Of a DNA stretch of 64,000 bases, positions 1 to 12,032 are shown piece after piece. The number at the start of each line of letters is the position of its first letter. The stretch's first letter is position 1. The stretch spans positions 864,001-928,000 of the forward strand of contig CAVYRW010000004.1 of the NCBI GenBank assembly GCA_963771045.1, given 5' to 3'. The position numbers and the translations under genes were made by a program. This DNA is from Waddliaceae bacterium (GTDB taxonomy: Bacteria > Chlamydiota > Chlamydiia > Chlamydiales > SLFE01). The notes beneath the pieces are model-generated. The model saw nothing but the letters and a program-made list of their open reading frames with translations. It was not told where the DNA came from and searched no databases.

Positions 1-298
1 GGGGCCGGTAAATTGGGAAAGGTGCGCCAAGCAGATGATTTTTTGGCTCCAGGCAACAGAAGATGGGTATGTTGGAGCTTTGAAAAAGAAAGAGATTCCA
101 CAAGGTCTTTATGACCCTCAAACACAGATTTTTATTAGACTAGATGATGCTGACAACTATGATGAACATCAGGGGTTTCGTACAAACGGCGAGCGTGATA
201 TTGGCTGCTTTAATGGACCCCTTGGTCTTCTTGAGTTTGAAAAACTCTGCTACGTCACCGCTGTCTTTGCTACCGGACTCGATCACAATCATGTTTAA
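1..298 (+). CDS. 3' part of a hypothetical protein, probably starting upstream of the window
   Basis: Open frame ending at 298, convergent with and overlapping the ribF end; no recognisable motif. Confidence 0.4.
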   Translation, partial: GPVNWERCAKQMIFWLQATEDGYVGALKKKEIPQGLYDPQTQIFIRLDDADNYDEHQGFRTNGERDIGCFNGPLGLLEFEKLCYVTAVFATGLDHNHV

Positions 299-1211
299 GC
301 TGCGATTTTGCTGTCTTGATGTCGAGTGAAATTTGGTTTTTCAGCTCTTCGATATTTTTGAATTTTTTCTCTTCCCTGATAAACAGGTGGAAAATGATTT
401 CCACTTCACGGTCGCTAAGATCCACATTTTGCTCAATGACATGGACTTCTAGCTCAGGATAAGAGGTGCCCTTGACAGTCGGCGCAAAGCCCAGGTTGGC
501 CACGCTTTCATAAGATGAGCCGCTAATTTTTAGCCAGACTGAATAGACGCCAAGCGGAGGGATGGTAAGTCCGCGGACATTGAAGTTCGCTGTTGAAAAA
601 CCGATTTGTTTTCCAAGTCCTTTTCCGGGCTGCACGGGAAGCTTAAGGGAATATTTTCTGCCCAGAAGGGCCGCGGCATTGGAAAAGTTGCCCTCTTCAA
701 TGCAATGTCTGATTTCGCTGCTTGACACAGGCTGACCTCTCACACGCAATTCGTCGAGATATTCGACAGAAAACCCGCGACTTTTTGCAAAGTCTCTGAC
801 GATCTCCTCATCCCCTTTTCGGTCTTTGCCTAGTGTTGAATCGTGTCCCAGCACCAGAAATTTTAGATTCATTGATTTACCCAGCTTCCCCAGAAATTCT
901 TGAGCTGTCTGCTTTGAGAACTCCTGTGTAAATTCAAGCAAAATGACGACGTCGATACCCATCTTCTCCAAAAGCTCGAGTTTTTGTTCGGTTGTAGTTA
1001 GAAGAGGGGTAGGGCTTTCGGGTCTTAAAATGGTTGAAGGATGATTGGAAAATGTCATGACAATGGATTCGGCTTGATTATTTGTTGCCACTTCTTTCAA
1101 TCTATGCAAAACACTTTGATGGCCGAGGTGGATACCGTCAAAGTTTCCGATTGTCAGGGCAGCATGCTTATCTTTTTCTGGAAAATCTTCGATCTGTCTA
1201 AAAACATCCAT
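270..1211 (-). CDS. ribF: Bifunctional riboflavin kinase/FAD synthetase
   Basis: GNFDGIHLGHQ, VSSSEIR, G-x-x-IGFSTAN, EVH and IREEKKF motifs; ATG at 1211 with GGAGA upstream. Confidence 0.95.
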   Translation of the reverse strand: MDVFRQIEDFPEKDKHAALTIGNFDGIHLGHQSVLHRLKEVATNNQAESIVMTFSNHPSTILRPESPTPLLTTTEQKLELLEKMGIDVVILLEFTQEFSKQTAQEFLGKLGKSMNLKFLVLGHDSTLGKDRKGDEEIVRDFAKSRGFSVEYLDELRVRGQPVSSSEIRHCIEEGNFSNAAALLGRKYSLKLPVQPGKGLGKQIGFSTANFNVRGLTIPPLGVYSVWLKISGSSYESVANLGFAPTVKGTSYPELEVHVIEQNVDLSDREVEIIFHLFIREEKKFKNIEELKNQISLDIKTAKSQLKHDCDRVR

Positions 1212-1252
1212 GTCTCCATCATACTTGAACTGTATAAAATGATAAAGAAACA

Positions 1253-1930
1253 CTACAGTGTTTTTTGAAGGAATTGAGGGGCGTTGTCTGGGTTGAGGTT
1301 TTCGAGGTTGACGCAGTCACCTAGGGAAAAGCGGCCGCTTTGCAGGCGGACAAGAGATGAGAGATGGGCGCCGCAGCCGAGCATTTGGCCGAGATCATAG
1401 GCAATGGAGCGGACATAAGTTCCCTTGCTGCATGAGATTTTTACTTCAAGATTGGGATATTCGTATCCAATAAGCTCGGTTTTTACTTTGACTGCAATTG
1501 GTTTTCTCTCGATGTGATGCCCTTTGCGGGCAAGATCGCAAAGTTTTTGGCCATTGATCTTTTTTGCGGAAAACATCGGAGGCGTTTGCTGGATTTCCCC
1601 CTGAAATTTGGTAAGAGCTTCTTCAATTTCATCAAGAGAGGGGAGGTAGTCGGAGGTAGTGAGAATTTGTCCGTCGCAATCATACGTGTCGGTGACAGCT
1701 CCCAGTCGGATGACTGCTTGGTAAACCTTGTCTTGTTTCAGAAATCGGTCGGAGAGGCGGGTGTAGGTTCTTCCAATTAGCATGACCATAACGCCCGTTG
1801 CGAAAGGGTCAAGCGTTCCCGCGTGTCCAATTTTCTTGACACCCAAAATTTTTCTCAAAACATTGACAAGATAAAATGAGGTTTTTCCAGGAGGTTTGTT
1901 AATGAGGAGGATTCCTTCAGGCTTCATCAT
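1253..1930 (-). CDS. truB: tRNA pseudouridine(55) synthase
   Basis: KIGHAGTLDPFATG, PPMFSAKK and CSKGTYVRS motifs. Confidence 0.97.
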   Translation of the reverse strand: MMKPEGILLINKPPGKTSFYLVNVLRKILGVKKIGHAGTLDPFATGVMVMLIGRTYTRLSDRFLKQDKVYQAVIRLGAVTDTYDCDGQILTTSDYLPSLDEIEEALTKFQGEIQQTPPMFSAKKINGQKLCDLARKGHHIERKPIAVKVKTELIGYEYPNLEVKISCSKGTYVRSIAYDLGQMLGCGAHLSSLVRLQSGRFSLGDCVNLENLNPDNAPQFLQKTL

Positions 1931-2291
1931 GGGGATGTCTTTTTTCTTTTTCTGATTGGACTTCTTTCAAGAGTTCTTCAATACGGGCGTGCTGTTCGGC
2001 GGAGTCGTCTAAAATAAATTTGAGTTCGGGAAAAAATCTCATGACAACCTGTTTTGAGGCGTTTGTTGAAATAAACCCGGAAGCCGATTGCAGTGCGTTC
2101 AATGTCTCTTCTCGTTCTTTGTCATCACCAATGATGCTGATATACACTTTCGCATACCTCAAGTCTTTTGTGATGCTGACGCGAGTCACCGTTGCCAGTT
2201 TCTTCATATGGGGATTCTTTACTTTATTGTGAATGACATCGGAGATGACTTCTTTAAGTAAAGAATTCAGCCTATCGGTTCTTCGTGTCAT
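1917..2291 (-). CDS. rbfA: Ribosome-binding factor A
   Basis: [10 protein letters not shown] and [11 protein letters not shown] motifs; lies between infB and truB. Confidence 0.95.
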   Translation of the reverse strand: MTRRTDRLNSLLKEVISDVIHNKVKNPHMKKLATVTRVSITKDLRYAKVYISIIGDDKEREETLNALQSASGFISTNASKQVVMRFFPELKFILDDSAEQHARIEELLKEVQSEKEKRHPHDEA

Positions 2292-4735
2292 AGATCCTGT
2301 TCCAGGTAGCTGATTTCAAAGGCTTCAAGAATGTCGCCTTCTTGTAAATCGTTAAAGTTTTGCAGGTTGATACCGCACTCCAATCCCTTTTGAACCTCTT
2401 TGACATCTTCTTTAACACGTTTAATTGTCGCATTCGATCCTTTCCAGATCTCTTCGCCGTTTCGAATAACGCGGATGCGGTGATTACGGTTTATCGATCC
2501 TTCGAGAACATAGCAGCCGGCAATGACGCCGAGTTGTGATGAGCGGAATATCTGGCGCACTTCGGCTTTTCCTCTATCATTTTCAACCGGGATCTTATCA
2601 AGGGTTTGGCGCATCATCTCTTTGATATCGTCTATGGCGTGATAGATGATATCGTGAAGTTTGGTCGTCACTCCCAATTGTTTGAGAAGCGGTTCGGCAT
2701 GGCTTTCTATCGCTGTATGGAAGCCTAAAATCGTGGCACCTGAAGCTGAGGCCATTTCGATATCCGATTCAGATATTTCTCCCACATCTCTTGAGATAAT
2801 ATTCAGTTCCACTTTGTCGGATTTTATTTTATAGAGAGCTGTTTCAAGGGCTTCCAATGATCCTTGAACATCGGCGCAAATCATGAGAATGAATATTTTT
2901 TTATCGTTTTTCTGGGCTTCTGCAAGCATATTTTCCAGTGTTGGAATTTTGCGCTGCATCGCCGTTTGCCTCACAGTTTGTTTTCGCGCTTCGGCAATAT
3001 CGCGGGCTCCTTTTTCGCTTTCGACAACGATAAATTCCGAGCCGGCTTCAGGAAGTCCGGAGATACCGGTGATTTCCAAAGGAGTTGCAGGACCGCCTGC
3101 ATTGATATTTTTTCCGTGTTCGTTGTGCATCGTTTTGATGCGCCCCCAATATTGGTCGATGACCACGACATCGCCTTGTTTGAGTGTTCCGTTCTGAACC
3201 AGCACAGTGGCGACGGCCCCTAGTCCTTTGTGCATTTCCGATTCGAGAGTCGTACCTCGGGCCCGGGCTTCAGGATTTGCTTTGAGCTCCATCACTTCGG
3301 CTTGAAGAGCCAGCATTTCAAGAAGGTTGTCGATGCCCTCTCCGGTCATAGCGGAACAGTTGAGGGTGATCGTCTGCCCGCCCCATGCTTCGGGAAGGAG
3401 TTCATGGTCGGCCAGCTGGCGGTAAACTTTTTCGGCATCAAAATTGGGCTTATCGCATTTATTGATGGCCACGACAATAGGGACGCCGGCTTCTTGAGCG
3501 TGGGCAAGAGCTTCTTCGGTCTGCTGCCTGAAGCCTTCATCACCTGCAACGACGAGCACAACGATGTCGGTCACATTGGCCCCGCGAAGGCGCATAGCTG
3601 TGAATGCTTCGTGGCCTGGGGTGTCGAGAATGGCGATTTCCCCTACAGGGGTATGCGCTAAAAATGCCCCTATATGCTGGGTGATGTCACCCGCTTCTCC
3701 GGCGGCAATATCACTTTTGCGTATTTTGTCGATCAAACTCGTTTTCCCGTGGTCCACATGGCCCATGAATGTCACAACAGGAGCTCTTGTTTTCAGCAGC
3801 GACGGATCAGCTTGCTTGATTTCTTCTGCAATCGTTTTATCCGTGATGCGGATGCGTTCTTCCTCGGCAGTGTCGATCTGGATTTCACATGCAAGGTCTT
3901 GGCCTAAAATTTGAATTGTGGTCTCATCTTCCAGCATATCATTGATTGTTACCAAGATGCCGTGCTTAAAAAGCTGTCCGATCAGTTCGGAAGCTTTCCT
4001 TTTCATTTCGGCCGCGAGATTTTTGACTGTAATAGGGATGCGGATTTTAAGATGGCCGGGTCTTACAGTTGTGTCTTCGGCAGTGGTTTTGGCAGATTTT
4101 AGCCGTTTTTTTCTGTGACGGTAGTACTGTTCTTCGCCTGCGCGAAGTCCGGCTCTGTCCCTTGCATCAAACGGTCTTGCCTTCACATCCTTGAATTCGC
4201 GATACTTTGTCCCTTTTGCGCTTTTTTTTCCTTTCTTTTTGAAATCATTATCAGCAGGAGCAGGGCGTGTTTCTTTGGGTTTTTCCTTGGGTTTTGCGGC
4301 AGCCGCAGATGTTTCCGATTTTTGCTGCAGAGATGTTTTAGTAGGAGCCTTTTTTATCTTTTTGGGCAGGATATCGGAAATGTGTTTGCCTGTCGGTCCC
4401 AATTTTTCCTGTTTTTCGTCCTCGGGCTTCTCCTGGATTTCTTTTGCCGTTTCCAAAGGGGCTTTTTCGTTTTTTACTTTCCCTGTTTTTACCGCAGCTT
4501 CTCCCTCTTCGGCGAATACGGATTTGGACCTTGCCTTAATGCGGGGAGCTTCTTCCTTTTCATCAACTTCTTCAACTTTCTCATTTGCCTTTTTAGCAGC
4601 CGTTTCTTTGGGCTCGGAGGCCTTTTTCTTGGAAAGTTTTTCTTTAATGCCCTTAAGGTTAACTGCCTTGGCAATCTGCTTGTTTTGGATGTTGAGTTTC
4701 AACCCTTTTTTTTCTTTTTCGGTTTTCTTAGCCAA
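2288..4735 (-). CDS. infB: Translation initiation factor IF-2
   Basis: [16 protein letters not shown] and NKCD GTPase motifs; Lys-rich N-terminus; TTG start. Confidence 0.98.
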   Translation of the reverse strand: MAKKTEKEKKGLKLNIQNKQIAKAVNLKGIKEKLSKKKASEPKETAAKKANEKVEEVDEKEEAPRIKARSKSVFAEEGEAAVKTGKVKNEKAPLETAKEIQEKPEDEKQEKLGPTGKHISDILPKKIKKAPTKTSLQQKSETSAAAAKPKEKPKETRPAPADNDFKKKGKKSAKGTKYREFKDVKARPFDARDRAGLRAGEEQYYRHRKKRLKSAKTTAEDTTVRPGHLKIRIPITVKNLAAEMKRKASELIGQLFKHGILVTINDMLEDETTIQILGQDLACEIQIDTAEEERIRITDKTIAEEIKQADPSLLKTRAPVVTFMGHVDHGKTSLIDKIRKSDIAAGEAGDITQHIGAFLAHTPVGEIAILDTPGHEAFTAMRLRGANVTDIVVLVVAGDEGFRQQTEEALAHAQEAGVPIVVAINKCDKPNFDAEKVYRQLADHELLPEAWGGQTITLNCSAMTGEGIDNLLEMLALQAEVMELKANPEARARGTTLESEMHKGLGAVATVLVQNGTLKQGDVVVIDQYWGRIKTMHNEHGKNINAGGPATPLEITGISGLPEAGSEFIVVESEKGARDIAEARKQTVRQTAMQRKIPTLENMLAEAQKNDKKIFILMICADVQGSLEALETALYKIKSDKVELNIISRDVGEISESDIEMASASGATILGFHTAIESHAEPLLKQLGVTTKLHDIIYHAIDDIKEMMRQTLDKIPVENDRGKAEVRQIFRSSQLGVIAGCYVLEGSINRNHRIRVIRNGEEIWKGSNATIKRVKEDVKEVQKGLECGINLQNFNDLQEGDILEAFEISYLEQDL

Positions 4736-4764
4736 TGCCTGTACCTTTGGTTTTACAAAGTTTG

Positions 4765-6081
4765 TTATTCAACATCTTCATCTGAAGATGGTTTATCCAG
4801 AAGGTAAAGATAATCCTTCTGAATTTGTTCTAATATTCTGTCTGCAAGCTCAACGCTGATCCCTGAAACCGACGCTAATTTTTCATGGCTGGCCGACAGA
4901 ATAGCTTTTGGAGTGTCAAAGCCTTCCGCAATAAGTTGTTCGAATATGAGTGTGTTTATGACACCTTGTATAGGCTCGATTTTTTTCTCGAGATCGGGGT
5001 GGTCGAGATCGGCGAGCTCCAGTCGTTGAACAGCCATACTTTTATTATAGTCTGTAATACGTTGAACTTCAAGTTCATAACCGATAAGTTTGCCATTTAA
5101 TACTGCGTTCATCCCTCTTTTTCCGATAACAACGGGGTAATCATCGTCGTCAATGACGATTGTGATATGCTTCTCGTCTTCGTTTATGCTGAATTTTCTA
5201 ATCCCTAAAGGGGAAAGAGCGTTCTGAAGAAGTTCGAGGGGATCGAAAGAATAAGGGATTATGTCGACTTTTTCATTATTGAGTTCCCGCACAACATTTT
5301 TGACTCTCAAACCTCTCATGCCGACGCAGGCTCCGACAGGATCGACTTTGGGATCTGTCGATTTTACTGTGAGTTTTGTGCGGTATCCTGCATCTCTGAC
5401 CACTTTGTCGATAATTACGGTTCCGTCATTGATCTCGGGCACTTCCTGAATAAACAACTGTTTGACAAACTCGGGGTCGCTTCGGCTAAGGACAACCTCG
5501 GCACCGCCCGCATCGGTATCGCGGACTTCTTTTAGCAGAGCAAAAACTTTTTCGCCAACGCGGTAATGCTCTGTTCTCGGATATTCTTTTATGGGCATAA
5601 TCCCTTCGACTTTGCCAAGGTCTATGATGAGTTTGCTGCCCGGAATAAAGCGTTTGACGGTTCCGGAAATGAGTTCGTTGATTCTATGGCGGTATTCTTC
5701 GTATATGACATCCCGTTCGGCGCCACGCAGTTTTTGCGTTATCACCTGGCGGGCTTTCTGCGCGGCAATCCTGCCAAAATCCCTGGGTGTGACAACGACG
5801 TCGATAAATTGTCCGATTTGGCATTCAGGGTCGATTTCTCTGGCGTCTTCAAGCGAGATTTGTTGAGCGGAATTCTTTACATCATCGACAATCTCTTTTT
5901 CGCAAAAAACTTCGATATCACCGGTTTTGGAGTTAATGGACACGGTTGCATGCGCTTCGCCTTTGACGCTTTTTTGCGCAGCAACTTGAAGAGATTCTTC
6001 AATTGCCTGTATGACAGTTTCTCGTTTAATACCTTTTTCTCTTTCGAGGTATTCAAAGATTGCAATGAGATCTTTATTCAT
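4765..6081 (-). CDS. nusA: Transcription factor NusA
   Basis: [18 protein letters not shown] and DPVGACVG motifs (S1/KH domains). Confidence 0.98.
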   Translation of the reverse strand: MNKDLIAIFEYLEREKGIKRETVIQAIEESLQVAAQKSVKGEAHATVSINSKTGDIEVFCEKEIVDDVKNSAQQISLEDAREIDPECQIGQFIDVVVTPRDFGRIAAQKARQVITQKLRGAERDVIYEEYRHRINELISGTVKRFIPGSKLIIDLGKVEGIMPIKEYPRTEHYRVGEKVFALLKEVRDTDAGGAEVVLSRSDPEFVKQLFIQEVPEINDGTVIIDKVVRDAGYRTKLTVKSTDPKVDPVGACVGMRGLRVKNVVRELNNEKVDIIPYSFDPLELLQNALSPLGIRKFSINEDEKHITIVIDDDDYPVVIGKRGMNAVLNGKLIGYELEVQRITDYNKSMAVQRLELADLDHPDLEKKIEPIQGVINTLIFEQLIAEGFDTPKAILSASHEKLASVSGISVELADRILEQIQKDYLYLLDKPSSDEDVE

Positions 6082-6167
6082 ATTTTTCCTAAAACCGGCA
6101 TTGTGTTTTGCCGTAATGGTTATTTAAGTTTTTAATTCTCAAGCGAGGCTTTTAGCCTCTGTTTTTT

Positions 6168-6193
6168 AGCGGCCTGAAGGTATTCAGGCCGCT
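6168..6193. other. Perfect 11-bp hairpin just downstream of rpsA
   Basis: AGCGGCCTGAA-GGTA-TTCAGGCCGCT; no U-tract follows it on the rpsA strand. Confidence 0.55.
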
Positions 6194-6198
6194 GGTAA

Positions 6199-7932
6199 TT
6201 ATTCAGTTTCCTCTACGTCCTCGGCTGACTTTTCGTCTTCAGAAGGTGTTCCTAGGGGAATGTCGTCGCGGTTAACTTGATTTTCCTTAATCATGCATTC
6301 TTTAAGGGAAAGCGCGATTTTTTTATCCTCAGGCTTAATGTCGATGACCTTTGCAGTAATGTCGTCTCCTTTGGAAATGACATCTTCCACTTTTCCGAAG
6401 GCCTGATCGGAAAGTTCGGTCACATGTATGAGTCCTTCAATACCGTTTTCCAGCTCAACAAATGCCCCAAAAGCGGTAATTTTGGAGACCTTGCCTTTAA
6501 CAGTCGAACCGACCGGCATCGTTTTCTTGATATTTTCCCAGGGATTTTCGCTGAGCTGCTTCAGGCCCAAGGTGATTTTCTTATTATCCTTGTCGATCGA
6601 GAGGACAATAGCTTCAACTTCGTCGCCTTTTTTCAAAAGTTCCGAAGGATGAGAGACTTTTTTGATCCAGCTTAGATCCGAAATATGGATCAATCCTTCA
6701 ACGCCCGGCTCAAGTTCAACAAAGGCCCCATAATTTGTCAGGCTTTTAATTTCGACTTTGATGTTGCTTCCGACAGGGTATTTTTCTTCAACATCGTCCC
6801 AAGGATTATGTTCAATTTGCTTAATGCCAAGAGAGATTTTTCCTTCGTCTTTTTGAACGGAGAGGACAATCGCTTCAACTTCATCGCCTTTGTTGACAAT
6901 TTCTGATGGATCAGTGATATTTTTGACCCAAGACATTTCAGAAACATGGATCAATCCTTCGATTCCCGGCTCAATTTCAATAAAAGCGCCATAAGGAAGG
7001 AGATTGACAATTTTTCCTTTGACACGTGTTCCCGGCGGATATTTTTCTTCGATCTCATCCCAAGGATTGGACTCTTTTTGCTTGAGTCCAAGAGCGACGC
7101 GTCCTTTTTCCTTGTCGATATTGAGGATCATCACTTCAAGTCTTGTCGCCAAGCTGAACCATCTCAGAAGGGTGCTTGATCCGCTTCCAGGTCATGTCTG
7201 TGATGTGCAGCAGTCCGTCGATTCCGTCGAGGTCGAGGAAGACACCGAAATCGGTGATGTTTTTCACTATGCCTATGCGGATATCGCCGATTTCGATTTC
7301 TTCAAGAAGTTCGGCTTTTTTAGAAATGCGCTCAGCTTCGAGAAGTTCCCGTCTGGAAACGACGACATTTTTACGTTCGATGTTGATTTTGAGAATTTTG
7401 AATTCGTAGGTTTTTCCGATATATTCGTCGAGGTTTTTAATGCGTTTGTTGTCGATTTGCGAGCCCGGAAGGAAAGCTTCCATGCCGATATCGACCATGA
7501 GGCCGCCTTTGACTTTGCGGAGGACTTTGCCTTTGACGATCGAGCCTTCTTCGCAGTGCTCCAGGATGTATTCCCACTGCCGTTGCCGTTCCGCTTTTTC
7601 CCTTGAGAGGACGATTTGTCCGTTTTCATCTTCGGCGCGGTCGAGGAGACTTCGATTTTTTCTCCGAGAGAGATATCTTCAGGATCGGAAAATTCTTCGA
7701 TGGGAACAATGCCTTCCGATTTTAGGCCGACGTCGATGACAACATGGTCTTTGGTGACTTCGACTATATTTCCTGTCAGAATTGTACCTGGCACCATGGC
7801 CGCCGTTTCGTCGGTTTCGGTTTCTCCTGTCGCGTCAAGTAAGTTTTTAAATTCCTGCGCTTCATCTTCCTCGAAAGCGACGTCATCGACGAGCTTGTTG
7901 TTTTCCCAGGTATATTGTTGATTTGTAGACAT
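6199..7932 (-). CDS. rpsA: 30S ribosomal protein S1, split by two frameshifts near 7650 and 7140 (probable sequence errors)
   Basis: Consecutive S1 repeats ([37 protein letters not shown]) across ORFs 7273-7932, 7136-7498 and 6199-7152. Confidence 0.93.
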
Positions 7933-8062
7933 GTTAAAGGTTTCTCCTTATATTTATTGACTAATAACAAATATGTTAACAGACTGGAGGCAATTATATC
8001 AATAGCACAGCTTGATTTGAGGCCGTTTTGACATAAAAATAGATATTTACAGGGAAAAACAA

Positions 8063-8836
8063 ATGTCGACGATTGTATTGAAGTTTGGAGGCGCGGCGGT
8101 TGCCTCGCCGGAGCATTTTCAAAAAATTGCAGATATTGCCCTGCAAAGGAAGGAATCTCAGGGTAGGCTTGTCATCGTTGTCAGCGCCATGGCCAATATG
8201 ACAAGGCAGCTTGCCGAGCTTGCTCATAAAGTGAATCCCGACCCTCCCCCCAGGGAATATGATATGCTTGTCAGCGTGGGAGAGAGGATCAGCATTTCGC
8301 TGCTTGCTATGGCTTTGGCCGCGAAAGGAGAGCGTGCTGTCAGCTTTACGGGGAGTCAATCGGGAATCATTACTTGCGAGGAGCACTCCAACGCCAGGAT
8401 AGTGGAGGTTAAGCCGCGACGCCTTCAGCCTCTTTTAAACGAGGGAAAGATCGTGATCGTCGCAGGGTTCCAGGGGTGCAGCCGGGGAGGGGAGATTACC
8501 ACTTTGGGGACGAATGGATCGGACATTTCGGCTGTCGCCCTCGCTGCCTCTCTGGGCGCTGTGCGCGTCGAGTTTTTCAAGGATGTAGGAGGCATTTACG
8601 ACAAGGATCCGAAACTGTTTCCCGATGCTGCTCTGATCTCTGAGATAGACTATCGAAAGGCGCTGGAAATTATCCGGAAGGGGGGAAGAATTCTTCACCA
8701 AAGGTGTGTCGAGCTTGCGTGGAAAAACGGTATTCCTCTCTATATATATTCGTTTGAAGATCCCGAAACTGTGGGAACGAAGGTTATGGACTCGGCTCTG
8801 AAGATTTCAGAAGCCCCGCAATTTGAATTTGCCTGA
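8063..8836 (+). CDS. lysC: Aspartate kinase-family protein, catalytic domain only (no ACT domains)
   Basis: VLKFGG, VVSAM, GERIS, VAGFQG and ITTLG-x-x-GSD motifs; only 257 aa. Confidence 0.8.
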   Translation: MSTIVLKFGGAAVASPEHFQKIADIALQRKESQGRLVIVVSAMANMTRQLAELAHKVNPDPPPREYDMLVSVGERISISLLAMALAAKGERAVSFTGSQSGIITCEEHSNARIVEVKPRRLQPLLNEGKIVIVAGFQGCSRGGEITTLGTNGSDISAVALAASLGAVRVEFFKDVGGIYDKDPKLFPDAALISEIDYRKALEIIRKGGRILHQRCVELAWKNGIPLYIYSFEDPETVGTKVMDSALKISEAPQFEFA

Positions 8837-8890
8837 AAATCCAGAGCTGGTGTATATCGGTGATGAATTCACATTACTTCAAAATATCGT

Positions 8891-10867
8891 ATGCCTATGA
8901 CTAATGCCGCTGCCTGCCCAAAGATTATTACTGATTTTGATACCGACAAGGACGAGTCTGTCAAAAATCTTTATAGGCAGTTGATTCAAAATATCCTTAA
9001 AGAAATGATTGAGCAGAAGTTTCCCGATGCGATTTCTGAAAACAGAATTGATTATCAGGTGCTTCGCTCACGGCTTTATTCCGTTCTTCCTTTTTTCACC
9101 TATAGCGATTTTAAGGGAGCTCCTTCTACGCTGTCTTTTTATCTTTTGGTTAAATATAGGGCCAATGCTTTCAAATTCTTTTTTGACATGATAAGCAATT
9201 GGCTGGTTCCGGGACATCGCCTTGATGTCACCCTTTTTTATGCCGTTGACTTTCGCATGCCTGAACTTGACGAAGATAAATACACCATTGTCGAGGTGAT
9301 GCTCAAAGTGCATACCGGTTACGAGTACCAGGAAATTATGAGAAACCTTCCGACAATGGAAACCGAGCTTAGGCTGGGGGTCGGATCGTCCTACTATTCA
9401 CGAAGAATCCTCGAAACTAAAGGGCTGGTCGCCGATCAAAAGACGGCTCTTATCCAAGAGCACATTGCCAGCCTTGTCAAACGTCTTCCGGATTATTTTA
9501 ACCATGATGTTTTTACCGAAATGCAGCATGTTCTGGTTCTTTGCCGCGATTCCTTTAAAAGCGAAAGGGAGTGCCGCCACTTAAGCCGGATTATCAGTTT
9601 GAATTATCTTTTTAGAAAATCTCTTAGCGACTCGATAAAGGTCTCTCCGGATAAAAGGCACTTGAGTTTGAAAATCTTTCAAGCCCGTCTTAAACTGAGA
9701 AGGGGGACAAAGCGGGTTTTAGGTTTGCTTGTCGGGGTCAACTTTATGAGCGACAAAGAAATTTTTGAAGACCGGCATTTAATGAAAGCTGTCCATAATT
9801 ATCTTCCTCATGTGCAAATGGTGGAAGGCTCTTTTTTTTCAAGCAGGCGGTCGATGGAGCATATTGGCACGCTCTACATGGAAGTTGAGAAAATCGACGG
9901 ATCGCCGTTTACAAAGGAAGAAATATCCCGTTTGAGGCAAGACCTTCCCGACGACCTTAAAGACCGCATTGAGCATATGATGCATCCTGTTTTCATGCCG
10001 CGCAACGAAGAAGAAATTATGCGGAATATATTAAGCTTGAGTCATCAGATCAAATATATACGCGATATCCCGCAGGTTTTTATAACTTTTGACGAACAAA
10101 CCTACTCCCATCTTTACTTTACCATTATCTATGTCAGGGTATTGGGAAAGAAAGACAGAAAGATCGAAGAGATGTTTAAGGGGGCCGACACTTTTCTGGA
10201 ATATATTCACGATTTTTCAAAAACAGTAGGCTTCATCCGGAAAAAATATCCAAAAGAAGCGACAGTGTTTCGCGTCAAGCTTCCAAAAGACATGTTTTTA
10301 CGAGACGATCACTCGATTGATTTATATAAGGCAAGGCAAGTTGTTGTGGCCGAATTAGAAAGGGTTCTTGGGGGCATTCGCGATTATAACGGTGGGATGA
10401 TTTCCAAGCAGAACGAACTTCTTTGCACAGTGAGATCCCTTCTTGCCGAGGAAGGTGTATACAACGACCTTCTTTTAGAAAACTTCTACTATTCGTTAAC
10501 TCCTGCCTCTATGAGAAGCGTTTTTGAGGCCGGTTCGCTAAAGACATTGTTTTTGCAAATGCTCGATACTTTAGAACATGGATTTTTCCCCGGTGAAAAC
10601 CACGCGATTTCCATTCACCGGGAACTGGATGCCGTGTATGTCATCATCATTGCCGATACTCCCGGAGTGAAAGAAGAGACAGATAAATCGCTCGCTTCTT
10701 TAAACATACCCCAGTCTGAGCTGGGGACTGTTTATGTGAATGCTTCGGATACTTCTTGTCTGGGCTATATCTATACCTGCGACGACCCCTACAAGCAGGA
10801 ACACTTCTGCGGCATAATTCATCACGCCCTTGAACTTTGGACGCAAAACCAGGTTGTCAAAGTATAA
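8891..10867 (+). CDS. Hypothetical soluble protein, 658 aa
   Basis: Long uninterrupted ORF 54 bp downstream of the lysC-like gene; no motif I can name. Confidence 0.85.
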   Translation: MPMTNAAACPKIITDFDTDKDESVKNLYRQLIQNILKEMIEQKFPDAISENRIDYQVLRSRLYSVLPFFTYSDFKGAPSTLSFYLLVKYRANAFKFFFDMISNWLVPGHRLDVTLFYAVDFRMPELDEDKYTIVEVMLKVHTGYEYQEIMRNLPTMETELRLGVGSSYYSRRILETKGLVADQKTALIQEHIASLVKRLPDYFNHDVFTEMQHVLVLCRDSFKSERECRHLSRIISLNYLFRKSLSDSIKVSPDKRHLSLKIFQARLKLRRGTKRVLGLLVGVNFMSDKEIFEDRHLMKAVHNYLPHVQMVEGSFFSSRRSMEHIGTLYMEVEKIDGSPFTKEEISRLRQDLPDDLKDRIEHMMHPVFMPRNEEEIMRNILSLSHQIKYIRDIPQVFITFDEQTYSHLYFTIIYVRVLGKKDRKIEEMFKGADTFLEYIHDFSKTVGFIRKKYPKEATVFRVKLPKDMFLRDDHSIDLYKARQVVVAELERVLGGIRDYNGGMISKQNELLCTVRSLLAEEGVYNDLLLENFYYSLTPASMRSVFEAGSLKTLFLQMLDTLEHGFFPGENHAISIHRELDAVYVIIIADTPGVKEETDKSLASLNIPQSELGTVYVNASDTSCLGYIYTCDDPYKQEHFCGIIHHALELWTQNQVVKV

Positions 10868-12032
10868 CTTGGTAAACGTATGCGCCAAGCGAGATAAGAA
10901 ATGTTATGGCGACCGGTGTTTTGACCACATTGAAGTGGAATATTTTGTGGCCGATGTTCAATATGGCCAGTACGATGAGCGCCGGATAGCAAATGATCAG
11001 AATCGGTTCCAGAAAGGCGGCAATTCCGCTGAATCTCAAGGTCGAGACCAGAAAGCAGACGACAAGCGTGATGATCAAACTGGGAATATAGGGCAGTTTT
11101 CCAAGAGTGATGTCACTTTGCAAAAACTCGGCAAAGACAGCGGCCAGCGCAATGGCTGTTGTCAGACAGGCCATTGAAACAGCCACAATAGCGATGATTC
11201 CGGCATAAGGGCCGAGCATCTGTACGGAAATCGCTCCTAAGAGCTGGTCGCGGCCCAAGCCTTCGAGACCTGCGCTGTTAAAAGAGGCCACATAACTGAA
11301 GCCGATATAGATCAGCGCTAAAAGTCCCATGCCGATGACGCTGGCTTTTAACGTCGTGAAAATCACATTTCGAAAATTTCCTGTGCGTCCTTTTTCAATT
11401 TCGGTACTTTCCAAACAGGAAAGGACGACTGAGGAGAAGAAAAACGTGGCAAGAAGATCCATTGTTGAGTAACCGGTCTGCAGCCCTTCCATAAAGGCAG
11501 TGCCGGCAGTTAAAGTCGACTGCTGTGGAGCGGAGGCCCAGACAAATCCGATAACAATGATGACAACGAGGGCAAAAAGGAGAATAGGGGTCAGGTAATA
11601 GCCTAGGATATCGACAATTTTGTTTTTTTTGAATGTCAAAACGAACACAATGGCGCATGAGATCAGACTGAAAAGCACAAAGGGAATCCCTGCAAAGTAA
11701 TAGGCAAAAGTCGAGTGGGCAACGGTAATGAGCCTAGGCATGGCGCCGAAAGGGCCGATGAGGCCCATAATAAATAGAGCGACCAGAAACCCGGGAATTT
11801 TTCCGATTCTTTCAAAATAATGTTTATAGTTTCCGTTAAATAATGTTGCGGAGATTAAGCCCAAAAGGGGAATGCCGACAGCTGAGATCAGCAGTCCGCA
11901 GATAGCAAAAAAGTTTAAATTTCCAGTTTCCAGTCCGATGGCTAAGGGGAAAACGACGTTTCCTGCGCCAAAAAACATAGAAAACATTGCAAAACCTGTG
12001 GCGAGAACGGCTGATTTTTTCTTAATTTCCAT
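10857..12032 (-). CDS. brnQ: Branched-chain amino acid:cation symporter
   Basis: FSMFFGAGNVVFP, GYSTMDLLA and ACLTTAIAL motifs; about 12 TM segments. Confidence 0.93.
   Translation of the reverse strand: MEIKKKSAVLATGFAMFSMFFGAGNVVFPLAIGLETGNLNFFAICGLLISAVGIPLLGLISATLFNGNYKHYFERIGKIPGFLVALFIMGLIGPFGAMPRLITVAHSTFAYYFAGIPFVLFSLISCAIVFVLTFKKNKIVDILGYYLTPILLFALVVIIVIGFVWASAPQQSTLTAGTAFMEGLQTGYSTMDLLATFFFSSVVLSCLESTEIEKGRTGNFRNVIFTTLKASVIGMGLLALIYIGFSYVASFNSAGLEGLGRDQLLGAISVQMLGPYAGIIAIVAVSMACLTTAIALAAVFAEFLQSDITLGKLPYIPSLIITLVVCFLVSTLRFSGIAAFLEPILIICYPALIVLAILNIGHKIFHFNVVKTPVAITFLISLGAYVYQVIL

Noticed and set aside
4115..4859. Phe/Ser-rich plus-strand ORFs
   Set aside because: They are antisense to the Lys/Glu-rich N-terminus of infB
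6168..6193. Canonical intrinsic terminator for rpsA
   Set aside because: On the rpsA strand the hairpin is followed by an A-run instead of a U-run; kept only as a hairpin
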